64,000 bases of DNA from Anaerolinea sp. (GTDB lineage Bacteria > Chloroflexota > Anaerolineae > Anaerolineales > Anaerolineaceae): contig DYEC01000007.1 of NCBI GenBank assembly GCA_020725865.1, positions 2,346 to 66,345 of the forward strand, given 5' to 3'. Shown piece by piece: positions 17,503-26,417 of the stretch (positions within the stretch are counted from its first letter, which is position 1; the number at the start of each line of letters is the position of its first letter). The position numbers and the translations under genes were made by a program. The notes beneath the pieces are model-generated. The model was given only the letters and a program-made list of their open reading frames with translations, did not search any database and was not told the DNA's origin.

Positions 17503-19005
17503 ATGCTTTACTTCTTTGCTGCATTCCCCGTCTTACTGGTGCTGATTTTGATGATCGCCTTTCGCTGGAGCGGTCAGCGGGCTGGTCCTGCCGGCTGGGT
17601 GGCAGCGGTTGCGGTTGGTGCGCTGGCGTTTGGACTGACGCCGCAGGTCTGGTGGGTCTCACAACTCAAAGGGTTATTGCTATCCTTATACGTCTCTCTG
17701 GTTCTCTGGCCCGCATTACTGCTGTATTACATTATTGACCGCATCGGCGGCATCCGCGCCATTGCCGGCTGGCTGGCGGAATTGGTTGGCGAAACAGGCC
17801 TGTTACAAATTCTTCTTGCCTGGGCATTCAGTGCTGTGCAAGAGGGCATGGCAGGCTTCGGACTGCCTATTGCTGTAACCGCCCCAATGCTGGTCGGGCT
17901 GGGGGTATCTCCTCTGCGGGCGGTGGCGGCGGTGGCTGCCGGGCATGCGTGGGTGATCACTTTTGGCGGGATGGGGTTGATCTTTCAAACATTGGTGGCG
18001 GTTTCTGGCGTGCCGGGTGCGGAGCTGGCAGCTCCGGCGGCGCTGATGCTGGGAGCTGGCTGTCTGCTTTCAGGTTTGTGTGCTGCTTTCATCCTGGGAC
18101 AGGGACGCTTCTGGCGCGAGGTGCTGGTGATTGCCGTCGTAATGGCTGGCGTGCAGTACGGGTTGGCGGTCAGCGGGCTGCCTGCGTTGGCTGGGCTGGG
18201 CGCCTCGCTGGCGGGGCTGATTGTTGGCATCATGCTGGGCAGAGGACGAAACGCCCGCCCGATCAGCCGTCCGACGCCGGCGTTGATTGGCGCTTTGGCG
18301 GTTTACGGCGGCATCATTATCTTCATGACGGCTGTTTCACTGCCCGGTGTACTGCACAGCGCGGTGGAACCGTTTGTCTGGAAAGCATCCTTTGAACAGG
18401 TCACAACTGCCACAGGCTTTGTCACCCCGCCCGGCTCGGGTCCGGCATTCCGCTGGTTTCTGCATCCGGGTTTTGCGCTCTCGCTAGCAGCCGTTGTAAG
18501 TTATCTGGTGTTTCGCTGGCTGGGATTGCTCCCCAAAGACAACGGTAAAACCATCCTGACTGCTACATGGCACTCGGCTGCACCTGCCACTGTTGGGGTG
18601 ATTGCGATGGTGGGCGTGGCAATGCTGATGGAACACTGCGGCATGTCGCTGTTGCTGGCGCAGGGGTTGAGCACTGCGCTTGGGACAGTTTACCCGTTGG
18701 CTGCGCCGTTTGTCGGGATGCTGGGTGCTTTTGCCACCGGCAGCAACAATAACTCCAATGTTCTCTTTGCAGCCCTGCAAAAAAATGTTGCCATTTTGCT
18801 GGGTATGCCGCCGCGCTGGATGCTTGCCGCGCAAACTGCCGGCGCGGCGCTGGGCGGGATGGTCGCCCCGGCAAAACTGATTGTCGGTTGCAGCACGGTG
18901 AACTTGAAAGGCAAAGACGGGCTGGCGCTGCGCATCACTTTACCCTATGGACTGGCGGCTGAACTTTTGCTGGGTGTGCTGGCTTGGCTGATTTTAAGAA
19001 GGTAA
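17503..19005 (+). CDS. lctP: L-lactate permease family transporter
   Basis: 500 aa and polytopic. The N-terminus is typical of the LctP family, and the signature-like FATGSNNNSNVLFAALQ lies near the C-terminus. Confidence 0.8.
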   Translation: MLYFFAAFPVLLVLILMIAFRWSGQRAGPAGWVAAVAVGALAFGLTPQVWWVSQLKGLLLSLYVSLVLWPALLLYYIIDRIGGIRAIAGWLAELVGETGLLQILLAWAFSAVQEGMAGFGLPIAVTAPMLVGLGVSPLRAVAAVAAGHAWVITFGGMGLIFQTLVAVSGVPGAELAAPAALMLGAGCLLSGLCAAFILGQGRFWREVLVIAVVMAGVQYGLAVSGLPALAGLGASLAGLIVGIMLGRGRNARPISRPTPALIGALAVYGGIIIFMTAVSLPGVLHSAVEPFVWKASFEQVTTATGFVTPPGSGPAFRWFLHPGFALSLAAVVSYLVFRWLGLLPKDNGKTILTATWHSAAPATVGVIAMVGVAMLMEHCGMSLLLAQGLSTALGTVYPLAAPFVGMLGAFATGSNNNSNVLFAALQKNVAILLGMPPRWMLAAQTAGAALGGMVAPAKLIVGCSTVNLKGKDGLALRITLPYGLAAELLLGVLAWLILRR

Positions 19006-19053
19006 AGTCACCCAACGTTTTCCAAACATTCCCTGCGCCAGTTCTATAAGCAA

Positions 19054-19079
19054 AATCAAATTGGGTATAATCAAATTGG
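19054..19079 (+). promoter_or_regulatory. Putative promoter/operator of the R-M cassette: 11-bp direct repeat AATCAAATTGG x2 bracketing a TATAAT box
   Basis: AATCAAATTGG occurs at 19054-19064 and again at 19069-19079. TATAAT lies at 19066-19071. GGAG and ATG 19091 follow. Confidence 0.4.
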
Positions 19080-19090
19080 AGCGAGAAAAC

Positions 19091-20050
19091 ATGGTGCCAT
19101 CCACATTATTACATCCCAAGCCATCGTTTGAGGAATTCATCCGGACTTGTACGCCGCTACTCAAGATTCCGGAGCTGGAAGAACATATGCGTCAGCGCGT
19201 GCGACAAATTGTCAGTGAACTGCTCAACTTTCAATCCGATGCTGATCCGGTGGGCAATCTCAAGCAATTTATCCAGAAGGATGAAAATTTTCTAGGAGTA
19301 TTACTGGCATTAACCAATCTCTCGCAGGAAAAATTCTTAAGGCTGCTCACGGCACAACGATTTGCCGCTGGAGATTTTGGTCCCGAATGGGGAGCAGGAC
19401 GGGTTTATAAAAAAATAAAAGATGATGACGAGTTTGCCCTGAAGATTGCTCGTCTGTTCCTTGAAGGGCGCAATAGCCAAGTTCTTGCTGAACAAATAGC
19501 CGACTTTTATTTGGAACAACTTTCTTTACCCGACAACTGGCTGGATATTGTTCGAGACGAAAATATTATCGGCAATATCGTTCGAAAGAAACTAACCGGT
19601 GAATATATAGATCAAAAAGGGGAATACATTGAGCGCCGAATTCGCCGCCTGTTAGATGAGCTACAAGCTAAATATGGGATTCCACATACACACGGCCAGG
19701 TTGCTCTCTTGGGAAAAGAAATTGATCACGTATTGCCCTCATTGGATGATCCCTACGTCATGGTGATGGTTTCGTATATGGAAACCACATCCAGCGCCCA
19801 AACCAGCCGAGCAAACGAACAACAAGCGTTGTATCAGAAAGTCATTGGCGAGAATGTGCGCTACCCCGACAAAGAGCGGGTTTTCGTCAATGTGGTTGAC
19901 GGCGCAGGATGGTTGGCACGCCGTTCCGATCTGAAGAAGATGCATGCAGGTTGTCATTACTGCCTTAACATGAAAACACTTGAACAACTGGAAGCCATCG
20001 TGTTACGGTACGTTCCTCGCCGGTTCTTCAGGAATGATCCCGAAGGATAA
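19091..20050 (+). CDS. Putative type II restriction endonuclease (PD-(D/E)XK-like), partner of the downstream methyltransferase
   Basis: The gene sits 6 nt upstream of a DNA methyltransferase in a low-GC cassette. The C-terminal region IDHVLPSLDDPYVMVMVSYMETTSSAQTSRANE...NVVDGAGWLARRSDL resembles the DpnII/MboI-type core pattern from memory (D...E.N/S.Y..S.S....E; DG.GW). ATG 19091 is preceded by GGAG. The ORF track starts at TTG 19061. Confidence 0.5.
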   Translation: MVPSTLLHPKPSFEEFIRTCTPLLKIPELEEHMRQRVRQIVSELLNFQSDADPVGNLKQFIQKDENFLGVLLALTNLSQEKFLRLLTAQRFAAGDFGPEWGAGRVYKKIKDDDEFALKIARLFLEGRNSQVLAEQIADFYLEQLSLPDNWLDIVRDENIIGNIVRKKLTGEYIDQKGEYIERRIRRLLDELQAKYGIPHTHGQVALLGKEIDHVLPSLDDPYVMVMVSYMETTSSAQTSRANEQQALYQKVIGENVRYPDKERVFVNVVDGAGWLARRSDLKKMHAGCHYCLNMKTLEQLEAIVLRYVPRRFFRNDPEG

Positions 20051-20056
20051 AAAGCT

Positions 20057-21025
20057 GTGTTAGCCAACTATTTGGATACGGTGATTAATGGTGACTGCTT
20101 GGAAGTCCTCGCTAAAATTGAGGATAACAGCGTGGACATGTGTTTTGCGGATCCGCCGTTCAACCTTGAGAAAAAATACAATGCCTACAAAGATCAAAAA
20201 CCAACCTCTGAGTATCTTCAATGGTGTAGAGAATGGCTGCGAGAGCTAGTGCGGGTGACCAAGCCAAGCGGCTCGATCTTTGTCCATAATATTCCCAAGT
20301 GGCTAACGTACTACGCTGCAATCCTGAATGATATGGCGTATTTTCGACATTGGATTGCTTGGGATGCTATGAGCAACCCATTAGGGAAAACTTTATTACC
20401 GGCACATTATGGCATTTTGTTCTATACCAAAGAACCAAAGGGCTATAAATTCTACGAGATACGCTCCCCGCATAAACGTTGCCGGGTTTGCGGGAGTTAC
20501 ATGAAAGACTATGGTGGTAAAAAGGATCAGATGCATCCTTTTGGCGCGCTGGTTAGCGATGTATGGACTGACATTCATCGCATTCGTCATAGCGTCCGTC
20601 GGGATGAACATCCCTGTCAATTGCCGGTTCCCCTGCTGGAACGCATCGTGTTGATGAGCACTGATCCGGGGGATGTTGTCCTTGATCCATTTTTGGGCAC
20701 CGGCACCACGGCAATTGCTGCGAAAACATTGGGACGACATTTTGTCGGGATAGACCTTGACCCCGAATATGTAAGCATTGCTACAGAAAAATTGAAAAAG
20801 GTGCATGAAACCACCTTTCAGGGATATTATGTCTCTTACTTTTTAGGCAAGATTCAGAGTATCCGGGATATAGATGCCGCTCAAATCTTCCCGCCCCAAT
20901 TGACTTCTACAGAGAAAAAGCGCCGGCGGGAAAATAGCAATCATGGCAACAAAAAACAGGGCGATCTTAAGCAAGAATTGATCGCCCAGCAGCATCTCAC
21001 AGGTTTGGAACACGAGGGAGGATGA
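20057..21025 (+). CDS. Site-specific DNA methyltransferase, beta-class (N6-adenine or N4-cytosine)
   Basis: 322 aa. Motif IV (DMCFADPPFN) precedes motif I (VLDPFLGTGTTAIAA), which is the beta-class permutation. HPCQLPVPLLERIV is also conserved. A CxxC insert (CRVCGSYMKDYGG) is present. Confidence 0.9.
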   Translation: MLANYLDTVINGDCLEVLAKIEDNSVDMCFADPPFNLEKKYNAYKDQKPTSEYLQWCREWLRELVRVTKPSGSIFVHNIPKWLTYYAAILNDMAYFRHWIAWDAMSNPLGKTLLPAHYGILFYTKEPKGYKFYEIRSPHKRCRVCGSYMKDYGGKKDQMHPFGALVSDVWTDIHRIRHSVRRDEHPCQLPVPLLERIVLMSTDPGDVVLDPFLGTGTTAIAAKTLGRHFVGIDLDPEYVSIATEKLKKVHETTFQGYYVSYFLGKIQSIRDIDAAQIFPPQLTSTEKKRRRENSNHGNKKQGDLKQELIAQQHLTGLEHEGG

Positions 21026-21028
21026 CGG

Positions 21029-22078
21029 TTACATCAGCCCGCTTTCTACCAGCAGCTCCGCATTATAAATGGCGCCGCCGGCAGCGCCGCGGATCGTATT
21101 ATGCGAGAGGATCACCATGCGTACATCGAAAATGGCATCTTCCTGCAAACGTCCTACTACTGTGGTCATGCCTTTGCCAGTCATGCGGTCGAGGCGCGGC
21201 TGCGGACGGTCCGGCTCATCGCGCACGACAATCGGTGGCTGAGGAGCAGAAGGCAGGGAACGGCTGACTTCCGGCGCCTGATATTCCGCCAGCGCCTGCC
21301 GCACCTCATTCAAAGCGGCTTTTTGCCCCAGCTCCAGCGAGAGACAAACCAGATGTCCATCGCTGACCGCTACGCGGTTGGTATGGGCTGAAATGGTCAG
21401 TTCTGCCAGACGTATTCCTCCATCGGTCAATTCACCCAGCATCTTGCGCGGCTCCCATGCAACCTTCTCTTCCTCACCGGAGATATACGGCAACACGTTA
21501 TCCAGAATATCCAGCGAAGCCACCCCCGGATACCCCGCTCCGGAAATCGCCTGCATCGAGACGACAAACGCCCGCCGCAGTCCAAAACGGTTTTGCAATG
21601 CCTTCAGTGCAACCGTCAAGCCGGTGCTGGTGCAGTTTGGGTTGGTAAGGATGCATCCTTTCCAGCCGCGTGCGGAGCGCTGGCGTTCAATCAGACGGAT
21701 ATGGTCAGGATTGACCTCCGGGAGAAGGATCGGCACATCCGGCTCTTTGCGGTAGGCAGAAGCATTCGAAACCACGCAGCCGCCGGCTGCGGCAAAGCGC
21801 GGTTCCAGCTCCCGGGCGGCATCGGCGGGCATAGCAGAAAAGTAAATTCTCGCCTTCAGTTTGTCCGGTTCGCTTGGTTGAACCACCATTTTCTTTGCCC
21901 AATCCGGCATCGGCTCGGTTAGCACCCAGTGACAGGCTTCCTGATAGGTTTTGCCCACCGAGCGGTCTGAAGCCGTCAGCGCCACCACTTCAAACCATGG
22001 GTGATTATCCAGCAATTGGACAAAACGTTGTCCCACACTGCCGGTTGCCGCCAAAACTGCCGCAGGAATCTTGTTCAT
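21029..22078 (-). CDS. asd: Aspartate-semialdehyde dehydrogenase
   Basis: 349 aa. AAVLAATGSVGQRFVQLL is the NAD(P) site. The active-site region is NPNCTSTGL. Confidence 0.95.
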   Translation of the reverse strand: MNKIPAAVLAATGSVGQRFVQLLDNHPWFEVVALTASDRSVGKTYQEACHWVLTEPMPDWAKKMVVQPSEPDKLKARIYFSAMPADAARELEPRFAAAGGCVVSNASAYRKEPDVPILLPEVNPDHIRLIERQRSARGWKGCILTNPNCTSTGLTVALKALQNRFGLRRAFVVSMQAISGAGYPGVASLDILDNVLPYISGEEEKVAWEPRKMLGELTDGGIRLAELTISAHTNRVAVSDGHLVCLSLELGQKAALNEVRQALAEYQAPEVSRSLPSAPQPPIVVRDEPDRPQPRLDRMTGKGMTTVVGRLQEDAIFDVRMVILSHNTIRGAAGGAIYNAELLVESGLM

Positions 22079-22079
22079 C

Positions 22080-23507
22080 TCACTCCTCCACGATTAAGTC
22101 ATGTAAAGTCCGGGTCGCTGGGATGGTATCTTTTGCGTCCAGCACCATGCTGATAGAGACTTCAGAAGACCCCTGTGCTATAGCAATGACATTTAGCCGC
22201 TTTTCACCCAGTGCGCCGAACACCCGTCCGGACACTCCGGGAGTATTGCGCATCCCTTCACCCACCACTGTCACAATTACCACTTCATCCGTTGCCCAAA
22301 TGCGGTCAATGTCATGCCGCGCCAGCTCGCGGGTAAATTCTTCCTCCAGCGCGCGGATAACTTGCTGTGTGGAAGATTGTGGAACAGCGAAGCAGATGGA
22401 CTGCTCTGAAGAAGCCTGTGTGATGAGCGGCACACTGGTACCGGTACGCGCCACCGAGGCGAAGGTGCGCGCTGCCACACCCGGCACGCCCAGCATTCCG
22501 CGCCCTTCAACCGTGATGAGCTGTAAACCGCGCACAGCAGTCACTGCCTGAATCACCTGATGCGCGTGATTGGCTCGTTCACGCACAATATACGTGCCGG
22601 CTGCCTCGGGTTCAAATGTGTTGCACACCCGCAGGGTGATTCCCTGCTCGACCACCGGGCGGATGGTCTTAGGATGCAGCACCTTTGCGCCGTAGTAAGC
22701 CAGTTCTGCTACCTCGCGCATGGTGAGGATAGGGATGGTGCGGGCATGAGGCACCAGACGGGGATCGGCGGTCATCACGCCGGTCACATCCGTCCAAATC
22801 CAGACCTCATCTGCCGGCAATACTGCGCCGAGAATTGCGGCCGAGTAATCACTGCCGCCGCGTCCCAGCGTAGTGGTCACCCCGGAAGCCGTTGCGCCGA
22901 TGAACCCGGTCACCACCGCAACCACACCTTCTTGAAGCAGGGGATGAAGAACCGCATGAGTTTTCTGCCGCGTGGCTTCAAAATCAGGATTGGCTGAAAG
23001 AAAATGATTGTCTGTTTCGACAATTTGCCGAGCATCCACTGCCACAGCGCGCAAGCCGTGTTCCTCCAGCAGGGCGGCGACTACAATCACGCTCATTCGT
23101 TCTCCTAAGCTACTGATGGCATCCAGAGCGCGCGGCGTAGCCTCGCCCAATGTGGCGATGGCGGTACAAAGACTGGAGAACTCGCTGATCAACCCGTGAA
23201 CTTCGCGTTTGACTGCAAGGGCGCGCTCAGCGGTCTTGATCAGTGCATCTACCATCATATCGTGGCGCGTATAAAGTTCATTCACCGCCGCGCCAATTTC
23301 GCCGGCGTTTCCATTGACTGCCTCAGTAGCAGTTTGTAGAAGCAGATCGGTTACTCCGGAAAACGCCGAGACAACCACAATCAGGTTTTGCCAATCGTTT
23401 TTCGCATCCCGCACAATGCGCGCCACATTCTGCAACGCTTCAGGACTGCCAACAGACGTGCCCCCAAATTTCATCACCAATGTTTTTGTCGTTCTACCAG
23501 CACTCAT
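22080..23507 (-). CDS. lysC: Aspartate kinase with C-terminal ACT domains
   Basis: LVMKFGGTSVGS is at the N-terminus and the C-terminal ACT repeats are typical. ATG 23507 is preceded by GAGG. The ORF-track TTG start is at 23522. Confidence 0.95.
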   Translation of the reverse strand: MSAGRTTKTLVMKFGGTSVGSPEALQNVARIVRDAKNDWQNLIVVVSAFSGVTDLLLQTATEAVNGNAGEIGAAVNELYTRHDMMVDALIKTAERALAVKREVHGLISEFSSLCTAIATLGEATPRALDAISSLGERMSVIVVAALLEEHGLRAVAVDARQIVETDNHFLSANPDFEATRQKTHAVLHPLLQEGVVAVVTGFIGATASGVTTTLGRGGSDYSAAILGAVLPADEVWIWTDVTGVMTADPRLVPHARTIPILTMREVAELAYYGAKVLHPKTIRPVVEQGITLRVCNTFEPEAAGTYIVRERANHAHQVIQAVTAVRGLQLITVEGRGMLGVPGVAARTFASVARTGTSVPLITQASSEQSICFAVPQSSTQQVIRALEEEFTRELARHDIDRIWATDEVVIVTVVGEGMRNTPGVSGRVFGALGEKRLNVIAIAQGSSEVSISMVLDAKDTIPATRTLHDLIVEE

Positions 23508-23748
23508 TATCTGCCTCGCCAACTCTTAAAATTGGCTTATTTTACTACAATTTGGCATACCGCTAGAAAACAATTTTCCTGAACCACCATCATTTTTCCT
23601 TTTTTTTGCCAAAATTGCGTATAATAAGGATGCTGCTCAAAACAGGTAATAAACCGTCAAAAAGCCCGCTGAGTAGCTTTGACTGAGAGGCGATACCGAG
23701 TGGTTTTTGGCGGCTTATTTTAAAAACTCTACGCGTGGTGGTGATACG

Positions 23749-24531
23749 ATGGAAGTTGGTCTTGCAATCGTTTATCATGATCCCAGGGGTCGCTTGCATA
23801 AGCAAATTCAAAAAGTCCTGCCGGCGATTCGTCCGATGTTCAAAGGAATTGCTGTATATGCCAGCGCTGCTGTGCAGGAAGAAGCGTTAAGTTATTTTGC
23901 TCAGGTCGGCGCCAAAGTACAGCAAGATGGCGCCACGCGCGGGGGGAAAATCGGGCTGGCGCGGCGCAAAGCGGTGATGATGGCGCTGGAAACCAAATGC
24001 ACCCACATTCTGTACTGCGACAGTGACCGCCTATTCCACTGGGCAGAGACCTATCCCGCCGAACTGGAACAGGTGATCGGTCAAATCGTCAAATACGACT
24101 TGACCGTTTTGGGGCGCACGCAACGGGCATTTGAAACTCATCCGCGCCCTCAGCGTGAGACCGAAGCCATCGTCAACCGCGTTTTTGCATTAGCCAGCCA
24201 GAAAAACTGGGACGTAACTGTTGGGGCTCGCGGTCTTTCCCGCCGCGCAGCCGGCGCCATTCTGAACGGCTGCCCGGATGAAAAGCTTAGCACGGATGTC
24301 TCCTGGCCGCTGTTCCTGCAACGGCTGGGCGGTTACACATTCGGCTATCTGGAAGTGGAAGGACTGGAATTTGAAACCGCCGACCGCTTTCTGGATGAAG
24401 TGGCTGCCGCCGGCGGCATGCAAGCCTGGATCGCCCGCATCGAAAACGACCCATGGCAATGGGCACACCGCCTGGAAATGGCGCGCACCGAGATCAAAGC
24501 TATGCTGCCCTACCTGCCGCAAGAGGTTTAA
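23749..24531 (+). CDS. Hypothetical protein, possibly GT-A-like nucleotide-sugar transferase fold
   Basis: About 260 aa starting at MEVGLAIVYHDP. A DxD-like motif occurs in ILYCDSDRLF. I recognise no firm family. The ORF-track TTG start is at 23707. Confidence 0.45.
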   Translation: MEVGLAIVYHDPRGRLHKQIQKVLPAIRPMFKGIAVYASAAVQEEALSYFAQVGAKVQQDGATRGGKIGLARRKAVMMALETKCTHILYCDSDRLFHWAETYPAELEQVIGQIVKYDLTVLGRTQRAFETHPRPQRETEAIVNRVFALASQKNWDVTVGARGLSRRAAGAILNGCPDEKLSTDVSWPLFLQRLGGYTFGYLEVEGLEFETADRFLDEVAAAGGMQAWIARIENDPWQWAHRLEMARTEIKAMLPYLPQEV

Positions 24532-24559
24532 TTCAAACCCCACAGCAAGGCTTTAGAGG

Positions 24560-24979
24560 TTATTTCACCAGCAGCACCGGGCATTTTGCTTGACTGACAA
24601 CTGCCTGTGCCTTGCTGCCCAGCAGTAAGCCGCGCAAGCCGCCCATGCCGCGCGTTCCCATGACGATCAGGTCACAACCGTTCGTCTCGGCAACGTTGAG
24701 GACACACTCCGCCGGGTCGCCGAACAGTATCTCACGTTGTACTTGCACACCTTCGCCGATCAAATGAGCGGCTTCATCCGCCAGCGCCTGACATTGCAGG
24801 GTGCGTTTGGCGATCATCTCACTGCGGTATGGTTCCTGATATTCCCCCGGTATATCCTCGCCCACACAGACAAGAATTAAAGCGGGGTTTTCCTGCAATC
24901 TTGCCAGCCGGGCAGCAATCCCGGCCGCATGGCGTGCATGCGCTGAACCATCGTAGGACAAGAGGATGCTTTTGAACAT
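24560..24979 (-). CDS. Universal stress protein (UspA family)
   Basis: 139 aa. Contains MFKSILLSYDGSAHARHA and DLIVMGTRGMGGLRGLLLGSKAQAVVSQAKCPVLLV. Confidence 0.9.
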   Translation of the reverse strand: MFKSILLSYDGSAHARHAAGIAARLARLQENPALILVCVGEDIPGEYQEPYRSEMIAKRTLQCQALADEAAHLIGEGVQVQREILFGDPAECVLNVAETNGCDLIVMGTRGMGGLRGLLLGSKAQAVVSQAKCPVLLVK

Positions 24980-25154
24980 TGCGCCTCCTTGCCTATGACA
25001 AACCCATTCACCAGCCCCTACAATCAGCGGGGTCGGCTTCTTAATGGTTCAGCGTAAAAACCTCAGGGAATACTCAACGCCCCGCCGCTTACCAATGCAC
25101 ACGATCGGGCCTCGATTCTATTGTAACCAAATTAGAACGCGAAAACAATCAGGG

Positions 25155-25640
25155 TCAGGCTGGCTCTTTATTCCAGAAGCCGTGATGCACTTCGCGAGCT
25201 TCAGGAAGATCAACGGGACCTTCTACCACAACCGGGCGCTGTCCTCGGGCAAACACCTCCCGGCAGGGCAGAGAGAAAGTGGGGTTTTGCGGATCGCTCC
25301 CGGTCATTTCGTACAACTCTGCCTCGCTCAATGCAAAAACCACCCGGCCAACACCGCCCCAGTAGATCGCACCTGAACACATAGCGCACGGTTCTGTGCT
25401 GGTGTAAAGCGTGCACTGGCTGAGGAACTCGGCGGAATACTGATGTGAAGCCAGACGCATCAGGTTGGTCTCCGCATGCCCAGTGCAGTCTTTCTCGGTG
25501 ACCACCGTATTTTCTGCAGTCAGCAGAACATTTCCTTCCGCATCCGCCAGCAGTGCGCCAAAGGGATGGTTGCCGTGTTGACGGGCGAGACGTGCAATTT
25601 CAACGGCTTGTTTTAGCAATTCAATATCTCTCGCGTTCAT
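25155..25640 (-). CDS. Nucleoside deaminase (CMP/dCMP deaminase zinc-binding fold; guanine/tRNA-adenosine deaminase-like)
   Basis: The zinc-ligand motifs HAE (GHAETNLM) and PCAMC are present. The start is ambiguous: ATG 25640 (MNARDIELL, preceded by AGGAAAAGG), ATG 25655, or TTG 25667, which overlaps the DUF364 stop as TTGA. Confidence 0.85.
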   Translation of the reverse strand: MNARDIELLKQAVEIARLARQHGNHPFGALLADAEGNVLLTAENTVVTEKDCTGHAETNLMRLASHQYSAEFLSQCTLYTSTEPCAMCSGAIYWGGVGRVVFALSEAELYEMTGSDPQNPTFSLPCREVFARGQRPVVVEGPVDLPEAREVHHGFWNKEPA

Positions 25641-25663
25641 ACCTTTTCCTTTCATATGGCGTG

Positions 25664-26410
25664 TCAAGATGGGCGTTCAATGGTTACCAAACGCACACCG
25701 CGCCCTTTGAATTGCCGGAAGCTGGCACCCTGCCGCACCAGACGCATCACGCTCGATGAGTCCTCGACAATTGATCCGGAAAGCACATCCACACCTAAAT
25801 CGAACAAACGCGGCGTAAGAGGTGTGCTGGGACCAAGCAGCATCACCTTTGCACCCGGTTTGCGATATTGAAAAACCTCATCAAAGGTATGATTGATCAA
25901 TGTTGTTGAGGTGATTGCCAAAATGTCTGCCTGCGGCACTACCTGCGCCGTCTGTGAAGCGGGCAGGTCACCCTCCTTTGGGTTTAGCTCCAGCACCCAG
26001 AGCTGACGAACGCGCGGACTTAGCGCATCCACAAAAGGAAAATGACCAATCAGCGCCACGTTTGCCTGTGCTCCGTGGCGCAGGATGTACTCTTCTGCTG
26101 GTAAATCTACTGGCTGTGCGGGCGGCGGCAGCAAAGCATTCACTGCTGCCAGCCCCACAGAAACCTCTGTAAAGCTGTCCGAATGCACCAGCGCCGCCAG
26201 CTCCAGCGCCGAATGGTCTTGCAGTTTGCCGGCATCGGTCACCGCTGGTCTTCGTCCATGCTCGAACTCCGGGTTGTGCTGAGTAGCCGCCAGCCCGCAG
26301 GACAACCTCCCTTCCACCTCGACCAGCACCGCTGTCCAAAACAAGCCGATAGAAACGTCAACTACCTCACCATCGGGTAAGCCGGTCAACAACTGTTGAA
26401 GAATTTGCAT
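25664..26410 (-). CDS. DUF364/DUF4213 Rossmann-like protein (putative metal chelation)
   Basis: 248 aa. VVDVSIGLFWTAVLVEVEGRLSCGLAAT is typical of this family's N-terminal domain, and a Rossmann-like C-terminal half follows. Confidence 0.7.
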   Translation of the reverse strand: MQILQQLLTGLPDGEVVDVSIGLFWTAVLVEVEGRLSCGLAATQHNPEFEHGRRPAVTDAGKLQDHSALELAALVHSDSFTEVSVGLAAVNALLPPPAQPVDLPAEEYILRHGAQANVALIGHFPFVDALSPRVRQLWVLELNPKEGDLPASQTAQVVPQADILAITSTTLINHTFDEVFQYRKPGAKVMLLGPSTPLTPRLFDLGVDVLSGSIVEDSSSVMRLVRQGASFRQFKGRGVRLVTIERPS

Positions 26411-26417
26411 GAAAACC

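Noticed and set aside
19006-21028. Mobile-element boundaries around the R-M cassette (integrase, transposase, target-site duplication, tRNA attachment site)
   Set aside because: None was found. The only repeat is the adjacent 11-bp pair at 19054-19079, which does not flank the cassette. The cassette is reported as compositionally foreign but not as a defined mobile element.
23523-23748. Possible lysine riboswitch upstream of lysC (minus strand), and a GAGAGGCG string on the plus strand
   Set aside because: The reverse-complemented leader is AT-rich promoter-like sequence without the multi-helix L-box core. The plus-strand GAGAGGCG lies only about 60 nt from the next ATG, which is too short for an L-box.
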